Assembly (NCBI GenBank): GCA_963662465.1
Contig: OY759599.1
Span: forward strand, 7,904,001-7,968,000
Reading direction: 5' to 3'
Source: Desulfatiglandales bacterium
Lineage (GTDB): Bacteria > Desulfobacterota > DSM-4660 > Desulfatiglandales > Desulfatiglandaceae
Length of the DNA stretch: 64,000 nt
Position 1 is the stretch's first letter. Each line of letters begins with the position of its first letter. A program made the position numbers and the translations under genes. Below are positions 37,132 through 47,449 of the stretch, in pieces. The notes beneath the pieces are model-generated. The model ran no database searches. It was not told the origin of the DNA and was given only the letters and a program-made list of their open reading frames with translations.

Positions 37132-38990
37132 GGCATGGATGACTCTAAGGGAAACAGAAGTCTGATGCGTACGCCGTATCGAGGCCTACTCGTTACCTGA
37201 ATCCGGCCCTTGTGGGCTTCGATGATTTTTTTTACATTGGGAAGCCCCAGGCCCGCCCCTTTTGTTTTGGTGCTGAAGAAGGGCTCAAATATTTTCCCCA
37301 TGTTTTTAAGGGGGATGCCGCGGCCGCTGTCCTTGATTTCAACCCTGACGGCCTTCTGCCCCAGGCGCATGGAAAAACCGGTGATTACTTCAAGGGTTCC
37401 CCCATGGGGCATGGCGTCTATGGCGTTTAGGATCAGGTTTAAAATCGCCTGCTGCATTTTTTCATAGTCCATTGTCAGGGGCGGAATCGTCCGGGCCGTC
37501 TTTATGACCATGCGAATATTGGCCGCTTCAATTTTATCGCTCAATAACAGGATGCATTTGTCGATGATTTCACGAACGTCACGATTAACTTTATTTAACT
37601 TGACCGGGGCTGAAAAATCAAGGGTATCCTCCAGTATGCGATCGAGCCGCAGAATTTCACCGGAAGCAATTTCAAGACGCCGCTTGTCGAAACCTTCAAG
37701 GTCCAGGTTCCTGGCGAGAATTTGAATATTGGTTTTGATGGCGGAGAGGGGATTCCTGATTTCATGGGCGATATTGGCCGAAAGTTGACCGATTGTGGCC
37801 ATGTGCTTGTTTTCCATGACTTTCCGTTCTGACTCCTGAATGTCCTCGTGCAGCCTTGCACTCTCAATGGCCACGGCAATCTGATTGCCGATCAGCGTCA
37901 TAAGATCAATTTCGTCGCGGTTGAAATGGTGGGGGGTCCGGGTTGCCACCGTCAGCACCCCCACAATCCGATCCTTGTTCATGAGGGGGACGGAGAGAAT
38001 GGATTTGATATTTTCTCTTTTCAATGCCGTTTCAATGGCATGGGGGCATTTTGTGTAATCATCATAAACAACGGCGGTTTTCTGCTGAACCGCCTTGCCT
38101 GAAACGCCTTCCCCCATTTTGAGTCTGCTGACGCTTTTAAAAAAGTCCTGAGAGAACCCTTTCTGTGCCGTGAATACCAACTCCCCCCGGTTTCGATCCA
38201 GAAGGTAAATGCCGACCTGTTTGTCTCCGATGATAGCAGAAAGTTCCCTGATCACGAGATTCAGGATCTCCATCATGCTCCGGGTGTGAATGATGGCCCC
38301 GGAAATCTTATTCAAGGCGGAGAGCTGAATGTTTTTTCGGGTGAGAATCTCCTGCATGCGTTTTTTTTCATTCAACAGGCTCTCAAGATATTCCGCCTTT
38401 TCCTTGATGGTCATGCCCCATTCGGGGGGCGCAATGCCCATTTTTTTCAAGGCGGGTTCCGTGCCGATGATAAATTCGCATTCATCATCTCCCCTGGCAA
38501 TACAGTTGTTTTCCACGGAAATAAGGTTTTGTTTTCCGGAAAAATGTTTCATGAACGACAATAGAACACCGGTGGTATAATGACAAACAGGCGATTCCGA
38601 GTGGCGCTTGTTCTGCAAAAAGGCCCATGCCTCAAAAGTATCCAGGCAGGTAATGCGAACAAACCCTTTGGAAAACGCCAGGTCTCTGATTATGAAATCG
38701 CCGAATCCGGCTTCCGAGAAAATATTGAGCGCTTCCTTTAGCCCGTTCACCGTTCGGTCGAGAATTCCCTTGGCAATGGCGGCGCCGGAAAAAGATTCCG
38801 AATGGCCCGCTTCAAACAACACCCGTCTGGCGGTATCTTCTCCGGCAAACAGCATCATGGAAAGCACGATGTTGACCCAGCTGCCCGAGATGTCCAGCAG
38901 GCACATGCGTGATCCGGATACGTCCAGCCAGCCCCTCTTTTTTTTAGCGATATACTTGCCCTGGTGACTTTTCAAGGCCTGAATTTGCAT
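37128..38990 (-). CDS. Sensor histidine kinase with V4R and GAF input domains
   Basis: V4R (AGFG..C..E..CIARGDDECEF), GAF, AHEIRNPL, NLILNAIDA, GAGLGL. Confidence 0.9.
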   Translation of the reverse strand: MQIQALKSHQGKYIAKKKRGWLDVSGSRMCLLDISGSWVNIVLSMMLFAGEDTARRVLFEAGHSESFSGAAIAKGILDRTVNGLKEALNIFSEAGFGDFIIRDLAFSKGFVRITCLDTFEAWAFLQNKRHSESPVCHYTTGVLLSFMKHFSGKQNLISVENNCIARGDDECEFIIGTEPALKKMGIAPPEWGMTIKEKAEYLESLLNEKKRMQEILTRKNIQLSALNKISGAIIHTRSMMEILNLVIRELSAIIGDKQVGIYLLDRNRGELVFTAQKGFSQDFFKSVSRLKMGEGVSGKAVQQKTAVVYDDYTKCPHAIETALKRENIKSILSVPLMNKDRIVGVLTVATRTPHHFNRDEIDLMTLIGNQIAVAIESARLHEDIQESERKVMENKHMATIGQLSANIAHEIRNPLSAIKTNIQILARNLDLEGFDKRRLEIASGEILRLDRILEDTLDFSAPVKLNKVNRDVREIIDKCILLLSDKIEAANIRMVIKTARTIPPLTMDYEKMQQAILNLILNAIDAMPHGGTLEVITGFSMRLGQKAVRVEIKDSGRGIPLKNMGKIFEPFFSTKTKGAGLGLPNVKKIIEAHKGRIQVTSRPRYGVRIRLLFPLESSMP

Positions 38991-39014
38991 TTTTTTGTTG
39001 ATGGCGTACTCCTT

Positions 39015-41303
39015 CTACTGCATGCACACGCGCCGCACCTGGGAAAAGTCCGTCAGACCCAGACAGACTTTTCGGATGCCTTCCTGCATGAGGGTGGTCA
39101 TGCCGTCCTTTATGGCCTGGGTTTTCAGCTCTTTGACTTTTGAATGGTTCTGAACCATTGTCTTGATGTCATCCGTACCCACCAGTAGTTCATGAATAGC
39201 TGTCCTTCCCGCATAGCCGGTGTGGCCGCATTTTGAACAACCCTTGGGTTTATAGAGGACGAAATCGTCGCCATAGGCGTATCCAAGTCGGTCGAAATCG
39301 CCCTCATAGGCCCTGACCAGGGCATCGAATTCGCTTTTTTCGGGATGGTAGGTTTCCTTGCAGTCCTTGCAAAGGGTTCGGACCAGCCGTTGTGCCAGGA
39401 CCCCCAGCAGGGCATCCGCGAAATTAAAGGGGTCCATGCCCATGTCCAGCAGCCGGGTGATGGTTTCAGGCGCGCTGTTGGTATGAAGGGTGCTCAGGAC
39501 CAGATGACCGGTCAGCGACGCTTCAATCCCCATGGTGACGGTTTCCTTGTCGCGCATTTCACCCACCATGATCACGTCCGGGTCCGCCCTCAGAAAGGCC
39601 CGCATGGCGGTGGCGAAATTGAATCCGATTTTTGGAATGACCTGGACCTGGCGAAGCCCTTCCTGGGTGATTTCCACGGGGTCCTCGGCGGTCCAGATCT
39701 TGGTTTCGGGTTTGTTGATATAGCCCATGGCCGCGTGAAGGGTGGTGGTTTTGCCGCTTCCCGTGGGTCCCACCACCAGTACGATGCCGTAAGGCTGGGA
39801 AATCATTTCCACAAAGGATTGATAGCACGAATCGCTCATCCCCATCTTGTTTAAGGGAAGCGGTTTGCCGGCGGCCAGCAGCCTCAATACCACGTCCTCG
39901 TTGTTTCCGGCGGTGGGGATGGTGGCCACGCGGAGTTCAATGTCCAGGGGGGCATATTTCTTGAATTTGATTTTGCCGTCCTGGGGTTTGCGTCTTTCGG
40001 AAATGTCCAGATCGCTCATGATTTTAAGGCGGGAGATGATGGCCCTTTTGAAGGTGTAGGGAATGGTCTGGTATACCTGGCAGGCCCCGTCGATTCGGAA
40101 CCGGATCACGGTATTCTTTTTGCCCGGGCGGGGTTCCACATGAATGTCGGAAGCTTTTCGGGTATAGGCGTCGATAATGGTCTTGTTGATCAGCTGAACG
40201 ATGGCCCGGTCGTCCTCGGCCACCCCCTCGTTTTCATCGGGTTCGTCGTCTTCCTCGGATTTCAATTGGCCTAAAATGTCCTCAATGCTTCCCGAATCCA
40301 CAATGAGTTCCTTGCCGCTCCCCACAAAGAAATGATCGATCATTTTAAAGATATCTTCACGGATGGAGACGCAGTACTCTGGTTCTTTTTTTTGAATGAT
40401 CCGTTTGATGATATCCCGCACCGGAAGATAGTTGGGGTTTTCCATGACCACGGCAATTTTGCCTTCCGCCTCACTGATAGGGACAAACCCATGGGTTTTG
40501 AAAAAACTCGCCTTAAAATCCTTGAGCAGTTCCCCCGGTGTGACCATGTTGTCGTCGTAAGGGATAAAGCGGGTTTTGTAATGATCCGACAAGGAATTGC
40601 CGATAACATCTTTTGAGATTTTAAAATCAGACATCAAAACCGCTTCAGCGCTTTTTCCGGTCTTTCTGGCAAGGGTGATGGCTTCGCTGATTTCCTTCTC
40701 CGATATAATGCCGTTGGAGATCAGGAACTGAAACTTTGTGGGTTTGGCGGTTTGTGCGGCCTTCTGGTTTTTGTAGATGGCAATGCCCATCACTTTTGAA
40801 ATATCCAGTACCGCCGCCTGGTCCGCCTGGTTGAAGCATTTCCCGTTTTTTTTGTTGATGAGTTGAATGACGCCTAACAGGAAGCGCTCATAAATCACCG
40901 GCGCCACCAGTACCTGCTTTGTGCAATAACCCGTTTTTTCATCCCAGCTGCGGTCAAATGTCAGGTTCGAATTAATGCTCTCGAGTTCATCTGCGTTTCG
41001 AACATCCTTTATATTGAGAAGCTTACCCGTGGCGGCACAATATCCGGAAAGGCTTTTGAGGTTGATGGGCACCCGAATTTCTATGGGTTCTTCTCCGGTT
41101 TTTATTTTTGAGTAGATTTCTCTTTTTGCGGTATCCACCACATAGATTGTCAATCGATCCGCATCAAAAAAAGTCAAAAGATCACTGTGAAGTTTCAGTA
41201 AAATGTCATTGGTGTCTTTGGCGGAATGAATTTTGGTCGTAATTTCATTTAGCTTTTTCTGGTAATTGAGCTGTTCTTCAAGACTTTTTTCCCGAATGTC
41301 CAT
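39015..41303 (-). CDS. GspE/PilB-family secretion ATPase with N-terminal GAF domain
   Basis: ASDIHVEP, ERRKPQDG, GPTGSGKTTT, LRADPDVIMVGEMRD, LSTLHTNSA, CxxC..CxxC. Confidence 0.92.
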   Translation of the reverse strand: MDIREKSLEEQLNYQKKLNEITTKIHSAKDTNDILLKLHSDLLTFFDADRLTIYVVDTAKREIYSKIKTGEEPIEIRVPINLKSLSGYCAATGKLLNIKDVRNADELESINSNLTFDRSWDEKTGYCTKQVLVAPVIYERFLLGVIQLINKKNGKCFNQADQAAVLDISKVMGIAIYKNQKAAQTAKPTKFQFLISNGIISEKEISEAITLARKTGKSAEAVLMSDFKISKDVIGNSLSDHYKTRFIPYDDNMVTPGELLKDFKASFFKTHGFVPISEAEGKIAVVMENPNYLPVRDIIKRIIQKKEPEYCVSIREDIFKMIDHFFVGSGKELIVDSGSIEDILGQLKSEEDDEPDENEGVAEDDRAIVQLINKTIIDAYTRKASDIHVEPRPGKKNTVIRFRIDGACQVYQTIPYTFKRAIISRLKIMSDLDISERRKPQDGKIKFKKYAPLDIELRVATIPTAGNNEDVVLRLLAAGKPLPLNKMGMSDSCYQSFVEMISQPYGIVLVVGPTGSGKTTTLHAAMGYINKPETKIWTAEDPVEITQEGLRQVQVIPKIGFNFATAMRAFLRADPDVIMVGEMRDKETVTMGIEASLTGHLVLSTLHTNSAPETITRLLDMGMDPFNFADALLGVLAQRLVRTLCKDCKETYHPEKSEFDALVRAYEGDFDRLGYAYGDDFVLYKPKGCSKCGHTGYAGRTAIHELLVGTDDIKTMVQNHSKVKELKTQAIKDGMTTLMQEGIRKVCLGLTDFSQVRRVCMQ

Positions 41304-41523
41304 TGATGCAAAATCCTTTGAATAGGCGTTTCTTTAAAAAGAAAGTATAGATCAATGAATAATTGAGTCAAGAAGAAAGAAATCAGAATATCAGTTTGCG
41401 TGCGAATCGGTTGGGATTTAAAGTTGCCATGGCTCACATCCATTAAGACATTGACATTTTCAAATAGATTCGATCAGAATGGAAACGATTTCAAGAATGT
41501 CGTAACTTCAAGGAGGACCCAAT

Positions 41524-43830
41524 ATGGAAATCACAAAACGCGAATGGCCCGTACTCATTATTTCAGGGCAGTATGATGCACGGGATGATGAAGGGCACAG
41601 ACTGCGGCAGTTGATTGAACAATTAGAGAAGATCCAGGATTGTCGGGTCATCCCGTCTTATACCTATGAAGACGCCTACGAGATATTCCGTTCCAGGTCC
41701 GACTTTGGATGTATTGTGGTGGATTGGGATATCCCCGATGAGGATGCGGGTGAAGCCACAACGGCCGAAGCATTGATCGTCAAAATGAGGAAGCGGCACC
41801 GGGCGGTTCCGATTATCCTGCTGACGGGCCGGAGTGAGATGGATAGCATTCCGACGGAAATTCTGAGGGATGTCAATGACTGCCTCTGGAAGACGTCTGA
41901 AACCATCAGCTTTATGGCGGGTCGTATTGCAACGCACGTGGTGGACTACGTGCGAACCGTGTATCCGCCTTTTTTCGGCGCAATGGTGCAGTACGCCAAT
42001 GAATATAAATTCGCCTGGCACACCCCCGGACATATGGGGGGGGAAGGGTTCCTGCGGAGTCCCTCGGGGGTGGCCCTGTTTAAATTCTTCGGGGAAAGTG
42101 TATTTCGCTCGGACCTTTCCGTTTCCGTGCCGGAACTGGGAAGTCTTCTGGAACACAGCGGCGTGACGGGGGATGCGGAAAAAAACTCGGCACGGGTATT
42201 CGGCGCTGATCAGACCTATTATGTCTTAAACGGCACCAGCAATGTGAACCAGATTATCTGGCGAAGCCAGCTCGTCCGGGACGACATCGCCTTTGTGGAC
42301 CGGAATTGCCACAAATCCCTCAACTACGCCATGGTGATCACCGACGCTTATCCCGTCTACATGATCCCCCGGCGAAACAAGCGGGGCATCATCGGGCCGG
42401 TGCGTCTGTCGGAGTTTTCGCCCGAGTCCATCCGGCGAAAAATCAGGGAAGACGCTCTTATTCCCGAGGAACTGAAGGGGAACGAAGTGAAAATGTCGGC
42501 CCTTACCAACTCCACCTATGACGGGGTTTGCTACAACGTGGTCAATATCAAGCGGCAACTGGAAAAGAGTGTGGAAAACCTCCACTTTGACGAAGCCTGG
42601 TATGCCTATGCCCGTTTTCACCCCATGTACAAAGACCACTACGGCATGACCGATGATGAACTGGATGAAAACCATCCGCCGATTTTCTGTTCTCATTCCA
42701 CCCACAAACTGCTCACCGCCTTCTCACAGGCCTCCATGCTGCATATCAAAAACGGGGGCAAAGTCAAAATCGACCCCGATGAATTCAATGAATCCTACAT
42801 GATGCACGGTTCCACGTCTCCCCAGTATATCATGATCGCGTCTCTGGATGTGGCGACCCGCATGATGGACGACAACGGCCAAGTCATGATGAACGATATT
42901 ATCCTGGGGGCCATCCGCCTGAGGCAAAGGGTGGTGAACATCGAAAAAAACCTCCAACGGAAAAACAAGGATGACTGGTTTTTCGGCATGTGGCAACCCC
43001 GGCAGATCCATGTGAACGGCAAGCTGACGCCCTTTGAGCAGGTGGATGCCGATTTCCTGGCGGATCATCAGGACCCGTGGGTCATGAGCAGCGAGAATAA
43101 CTGGCACGGGTTTGATGAGATGGAAGAAAACCATTGCATGCTGGATCCCATCAAACTGACCTTTACCACCCCGGGAATCGATGATCACGGAAAGATGCAG
43201 GATGAGGGCATCCCCGCGGCCATCGTAACCGAATACCTTATTCTGAAAGGCATCGTCTGTGAAAAAACGGACTATTATTCCTTTTTGCTGCTGAATTCCC
43301 TGGGCACCACCGAAGCCAAGCAGGGAACCCTGCTCTCGGCCCTGTTGCGGTTTAAGGATCTCTATGACGCAAACACGCCATTGTGCGAGATCTTTCCCGA
43401 ACTGGTGCGCGCATACCCGGATGTTTATGGGGAGGTCGGGCTCAAGCAGCACTGCAACGACATTCACGGTTACTGGAAGGAACACAAAATTCTGGAAAAG
43501 ATGCAGGAGGCCTTTCAGGTGATTCCCGATCAGGCCATGAAGCCTTCTGAAGCCTATCATCAGGTGGTGCGGAAAAAGGTGGAATTCGTGGAACTGGACC
43601 ACATGATGGGCCGAACGCCCGCTGTGATGATGGTGCCATATCCCCCGGGCATTCCCATTATGATGGGGGGCGAAATGATGAATGAAAAAGCCGGTCCCAT
43701 ATTCGAGTACCTGAAGCTGAGACAGGATTTTGAAAACGTCTATCCCGGTTACGAAAGTGAAATCCACGGTGTGGAGAGAACCGAACGGGATGGGAAGAAG
43801 TTTTTCAGAACATTGTGCGTGAAGATGTAA
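41524..43830 (+). CDS. Orn/Lys/Arg decarboxylase with wing domain (AdiA/Ldc-like)
   Basis: WHTPGHMGG, LNGTS, DRNCHKS, NSTYDG, HFDEAW, STHK (PLP lysine), YPPGIP. Confidence 0.95.
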   Translation: MEITKREWPVLIISGQYDARDDEGHRLRQLIEQLEKIQDCRVIPSYTYEDAYEIFRSRSDFGCIVVDWDIPDEDAGEATTAEALIVKMRKRHRAVPIILLTGRSEMDSIPTEILRDVNDCLWKTSETISFMAGRIATHVVDYVRTVYPPFFGAMVQYANEYKFAWHTPGHMGGEGFLRSPSGVALFKFFGESVFRSDLSVSVPELGSLLEHSGVTGDAEKNSARVFGADQTYYVLNGTSNVNQIIWRSQLVRDDIAFVDRNCHKSLNYAMVITDAYPVYMIPRRNKRGIIGPVRLSEFSPESIRRKIREDALIPEELKGNEVKMSALTNSTYDGVCYNVVNIKRQLEKSVENLHFDEAWYAYARFHPMYKDHYGMTDDELDENHPPIFCSHSTHKLLTAFSQASMLHIKNGGKVKIDPDEFNESYMMHGSTSPQYIMIASLDVATRMMDDNGQVMMNDIILGAIRLRQRVVNIEKNLQRKNKDDWFFGMWQPRQIHVNGKLTPFEQVDADFLADHQDPWVMSSENNWHGFDEMEENHCMLDPIKLTFTTPGIDDHGKMQDEGIPAAIVTEYLILKGIVCEKTDYYSFLLLNSLGTTEAKQGTLLSALLRFKDLYDANTPLCEIFPELVRAYPDVYGEVGLKQHCNDIHGYWKEHKILEKMQEAFQVIPDQAMKPSEAYHQVVRKKVEFVELDHMMGRTPAVMMVPYPPGIPIMMGGEMMNEKAGPIFEYLKLRQDFENVYPGYESEIHGVERTERDGKKFFRTLCVKM

Positions 43831-43846
43831 CACAAGGGAGAACAAC

Positions 43847-45154
43847 ATGACCCATGAGACCAAAAAACTGGGGCTGATCGGCGCTGTTTTTCTGATTGTA
43901 TCGAGTCTGGCCGGCAGCGGCGTCATCGCTTTGCCGCAGCAACTGGCGGCCACCGGTTCGATCACCCTGATTTCATTTATACTGGTGACCATCGGCGCCT
44001 TGTTTCTGACCCTGGTATATGTGCGGGCGGGCGCCCTTTTTGATGATCCCAGCCCGACTGCACTGGCAACCTATGTCAGCCCGATCCTCGGTGCAAAGAG
44101 CGGATGCTTTTACGTCTATGGGAACCTGATCTCCAACGTATCCATTCTGATTGCGGGCCTGGGTTACCTGGCCATGTTTGTTCCTGCGCTCAATCATCCC
44201 ATTGTACTGGGGATCACCGTGATTGCGTTGATCTGGGTGTTTGTGGCCATGTCCCTTCGCGGGGTCGGCATCATCGCCAAGGTGGTATCCGGCACCGTAA
44301 CGCTGTTGCTTATATCGGTTATTATCACTGCCACGGCGGGATGGCTGGATTTTGATCCCGCCCTGTTCAAACAGAACTGGAACGTTTCGGGGGACTCCGC
44401 CGGTAAGGCCATCATGTCCGGATTTGCCATATTGATCTTTGCCTTTGTCGGCGTGGAAAGCGTCGCTACAAACAATGAACAGATTCGCAACCCGAAAAAG
44501 GTTGTCCCCGTTGCAACCATTCTGGGCTTTATTATCGTTGCTGTCATCTACATCGCTTCCACCACCGTAATGGAAGGCATGTTCCCCTCCAGGGAAATTC
44601 AGACCGCACCGGCTTCATTTGCATTGGCCATGCAGCACATTTGCCATTCGAAAATTATCGCCGACGTGGTTTCCGCGGTGATGGCCATTGCCTGTATCGC
44701 CAGTTTCCTCGTCTGGAACCTGTCATCGGCCAGTGCCGCCAAAACCAGCGCCGACAATGGATATCTCCCCAAAGCCTACGCTTATACCAACAAACATGGG
44801 ATCAACAGCAAAGGACTTGTCATCAACGGCGTTATTATGACGCTGGTTGAACTGATCCTCATGACGCTGGGCAGCAACGTCGCTGTCGCATTCAATATTA
44901 CCGTAACGATCTCGGTTCTTTTGCTTCTCTTCCCCTACTTCTGGTCAGGCATTGCCCTGCTGAAAAAAGACAAGGAAACAGGGGCGAAATCGATCAGCAC
45001 TAAAATCATTGTATTTATGTCGTCCGTTTTCATTATGTCCGCCTTTGCGTCGGCCACGCTGGATGAACTCTGGTTGGTCATCGCCCTGGTGATGATTGTA
45101 ATGGCCGTATATGCATTACTTTTTACGAAAAAAAATGAGGATGCAACATGTTAA
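43847..45154 (+). CDS. APC-family amino acid/polyamine antiporter (AdiC/CadB/PotE-like)
   Basis: GSGVIALP, FAFVGVES, NPKKVVP; multi-TM; follows the decarboxylase. Confidence 0.9.
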   Translation: MTHETKKLGLIGAVFLIVSSLAGSGVIALPQQLAATGSITLISFILVTIGALFLTLVYVRAGALFDDPSPTALATYVSPILGAKSGCFYVYGNLISNVSILIAGLGYLAMFVPALNHPIVLGITVIALIWVFVAMSLRGVGIIAKVVSGTVTLLLISVIITATAGWLDFDPALFKQNWNVSGDSAGKAIMSGFAILIFAFVGVESVATNNEQIRNPKKVVPVATILGFIIVAVIYIASTTVMEGMFPSREIQTAPASFALAMQHICHSKIIADVVSAVMAIACIASFLVWNLSSASAAKTSADNGYLPKAYAYTNKHGINSKGLVINGVIMTLVELILMTLGSNVAVAFNITVTISVLLLLFPYFWSGIALLKKDKETGAKSISTKIIVFMSSVFIMSAFASATLDELWLVIALVMIVMAVYALLFTKKNEDATC

Positions 45155-45918
45155 TTGACAGTCATTGTCACCTGGATATGAAAGATTTTGACAAAGACAG
45201 GGCCGAGGTGCTTGAGCGGGCCCGAAGGGATGGCATCGGTCATATGATCACCATCGGCATCGATGTGCAAAGCTCGGCGGCGGCCCTGTCCCTGGCCCGG
45301 GAATATGATTATATTTCCGCGACTGTGGGGTGCCATCCCCACGATGCGGATCACTGTGGGCCCGGGGATCTCCAGAAACTGGCAGGCATGGCACTTGAAC
45401 CGGAAGTGGTGGCCTGGGGGGAGATCGGTCTGGATTATTTTCGCAACTATTCGGAAAAGGAAAATCAGCGAAAGATTTTCCGGGAGCAACTGGACCTGGC
45501 GGATGCGGCAAACCTTCCCGTGATCATTCATGATCGAGAGGCCCATGAGGAGGTCTATGCCCTGTTGAAACAAATGGGAAAAGGGGAGCGGAAAGGGGTT
45601 ATCCACTGTTTTTCCGGGGATATGGACCTGGCGGAGGCCTTTATGGCGCTGGGATATTACATCTCAATCCCCGGCACCGTGACCTACAAAAACGCGCATC
45701 ATGTCAGGGAGGTGGCCTCCGTCATGCCGCTGGACCGCATGCTGGTGGAAACCGATGCCCCTTTCCTGGCCCCCGTACCCAAACGGGGCAAACGAAATGA
45801 ACCCGCCTATGTGACCCATACGGCCCGGGAAATTGCCAAACTACGCGATATTCCCTTTGAAACCCTTGCCGAACAGACCACCCGCAATGCCGGGATACTT
45901 TTCGGCTTACCCTTGTAA
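45148..45918 (+). CDS. tatD: TatD-family nuclease
   Basis: IDSHCHL, GEIGLDY, IIHDRE, HCFSG, ETDAPFL..RNEP. Confidence 0.95.
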   Translation: MLIDSHCHLDMKDFDKDRAEVLERARRDGIGHMITIGIDVQSSAAALSLAREYDYISATVGCHPHDADHCGPGDLQKLAGMALEPEVVAWGEIGLDYFRNYSEKENQRKIFREQLDLADAANLPVIIHDREAHEEVYALLKQMGKGERKGVIHCFSGDMDLAEAFMALGYYISIPGTVTYKNAHHVREVASVMPLDRMLVETDAPFLAPVPKRGKRNEPAYVTHTAREIAKLRDIPFETLAEQTTRNAGILFGLPL

Positions 45919-45919
45919 A

Positions 45920-46522
45920 ATGAAACCGATACCTATCGATGAAGCGCATCCTTTGATTCTGGCCTCCGCCTCTCCCAGGCGGAAACGCTTGTTGACCCAA
46001 ATGGGGCTTTTGTACCGGGTGGTTGTCAGCCGTGTGCGAGAAGAAGACAATGGGGAAAGCCCCGAGAACTTATGCCGAAATCTGGCTGTTTTAAAGGCAA
46101 GGGAGGTTCATGGCCGTGAGAAGCCCTCCTGGATTCTGGGGGCGGACACCATTGTGGTGGTAGCGGGCAGGGTGCTGGGAAAACCCGAAAGTCATGAAGA
46201 CGCCCAAGGCATGCTTTCCCTCTTAAGCGGTAAAGCGCATGAGGTGATCACCGGGTTTTGCCTTCTAAACCCGTCGGGTGGGATTGCCCATTCCGAGTCC
46301 GTGATTACCGAGGTCCGATTTAAGTTTTTGACTGAAGAAGAGATTACCGGCTACATTCGGACCGGTGAACCTTTCGGGAAGGCCGGCGCATACGCCATTC
46401 AAGGGGTGGGGGCATTCATGGTGGAATCCATCTCAGGGTCCTACACCAATGTGGTAGGCCTTCCCATGTGCGCTCTGGTTAAGGCACTGGTGGGATGCGG
46501 TGCGCTCAGTGTTTTTCCCTGA
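45920..46522 (+). CDS. maf: Maf-family nucleotide pyrophosphatase
   Basis: LILASASPRR, GADTIV..LGKP, KAGAYAIQG, GSYTNVVGLP. Confidence 0.95.
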   Translation: MKPIPIDEAHPLILASASPRRKRLLTQMGLLYRVVVSRVREEDNGESPENLCRNLAVLKAREVHGREKPSWILGADTIVVVAGRVLGKPESHEDAQGMLSLLSGKAHEVITGFCLLNPSGGIAHSESVITEVRFKFLTEEEITGYIRTGEPFGKAGAYAIQGVGAFMVESISGSYTNVVGLPMCALVKALVGCGALSVFP

Positions 46523-46524
46523 CA

Positions 46525-46932
46525 TTACTTACTGATGAATGAAATAGTTTCAAGGCTTGGCACTCTTTCAAATTCGTTGGTATTTTCAGTTAACACAGCA
46601 CAATTATGAACGATTGCTGTTGCCGCGATAATCAAATCATGGGCGCCAATCATTTTACCTTGCTTGGCCAGGGTTGCAAATAAACCGGCATGTACTCTGG
46701 CTTCTTCAGTCTCAAAACCCAAGACAGGCATTTTTGCCAACACTGATTCGACAAAAGCAGAACGTCGAGTTCTTTGTGCGTCATTTTGGGCATAATGAAC
46801 GCCAACTAATAACTCTGACGTTGTTATGGCGCTGATATATACGTTTCCATATTTTTCCCATTTTGAAAAATCGATTGGATTACCTGAACGTTCAGAATGA
46901 ATAAACACATTGGTATCCAGTATTAACCCCAT
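46525..46932 (-). CDS. vapC: VapC PIN toxin
   Basis: ILDTNVFI, SAIT.SEL..G, GAHDLIIAATA, T.N.NEFERV. Confidence 0.92.
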   Translation of the reverse strand: MGLILDTNVFIHSERSGNPIDFSKWEKYGNVYISAITTSELLVGVHYAQNDAQRTRRSAFVESVLAKMPVLGFETEEARVHAGLFATLAKQGKMIGAHDLIIAATAIVHNCAVLTENTNEFERVPSLETISFISK

Positions 46933-47192
46933 TGGTTCTGCTCCATGGGAATTTGATTTCTGATATTTGCTAAATCTTTTGCAAAGGCTTTTGAATCCTC
47001 AGCAAGCGAAGGAAGTTCATGGAAAAAATTATTTAAATTTTCAACTTTTAATGGTGACTCTGGAGAAACCGGAGATATCCGAGCTATGACTCTGTTTCCT
47101 CGCTCTAATTCGACAATGGTTCCTTGATAAAAAACCCGGTTCATCAGATCTGAGAATTGACGAACAGCTTGTGTGACACTTATACGTTCCAT
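46923..47192 (-). CDS. Phd/YefM-like antitoxin
   Basis: ISVTQAVRQFSDLMNRV..G..V.LERG; overlaps vapC. Confidence 0.8.
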   Translation of the reverse strand: MERISVTQAVRQFSDLMNRVFYQGTIVELERGNRVIARISPVSPESPLKVENLNNFFHELPSLAEDSKAFAKDLANIRNQIPMEQNQWG

Positions 47193-47214
47193 ATTTATCC
47201 CCTTTTTTTTAGAC

Positions 47215-47233
47215 TAATCATATAATATGATTA
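47215..47233. promoter_or_regulatory. Palindromic operator candidate of the vapBC pair
   Basis: TAATCATAT-A-ATATGATTA, perfect palindrome just upstream of the antitoxin. Confidence 0.55.
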
Positions 47234-47449
47234 TCATACTATCCGTTATGTGCTTTGTAAAGGAGTTTTTGTAATATCTACGGAACAAGAGTATCGGAAG
47301 GAACTCTTTCCCTGACTTTTCCAGCAAACGTTGTAACCGATTTTAACCTATCGGCTCTATAGTGGGTAAATAAACGACAAAGACACACGTTCAGTTTCAG
47401 GATTAATGCAAATTCAACGGGTTGTTGATGGTTGAGAGGTTACGGAAAA

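Noticed and set aside
42724..43992. 422-aa minus-strand ORF
   Set aside because: Antisense shadow of the decarboxylase.
46514..47316. TTTCCCTGAC on both sides of vapBC
   Set aside because: Only 10 bp and could be chance, so it was not counted among the repeat-bounded cassettes.
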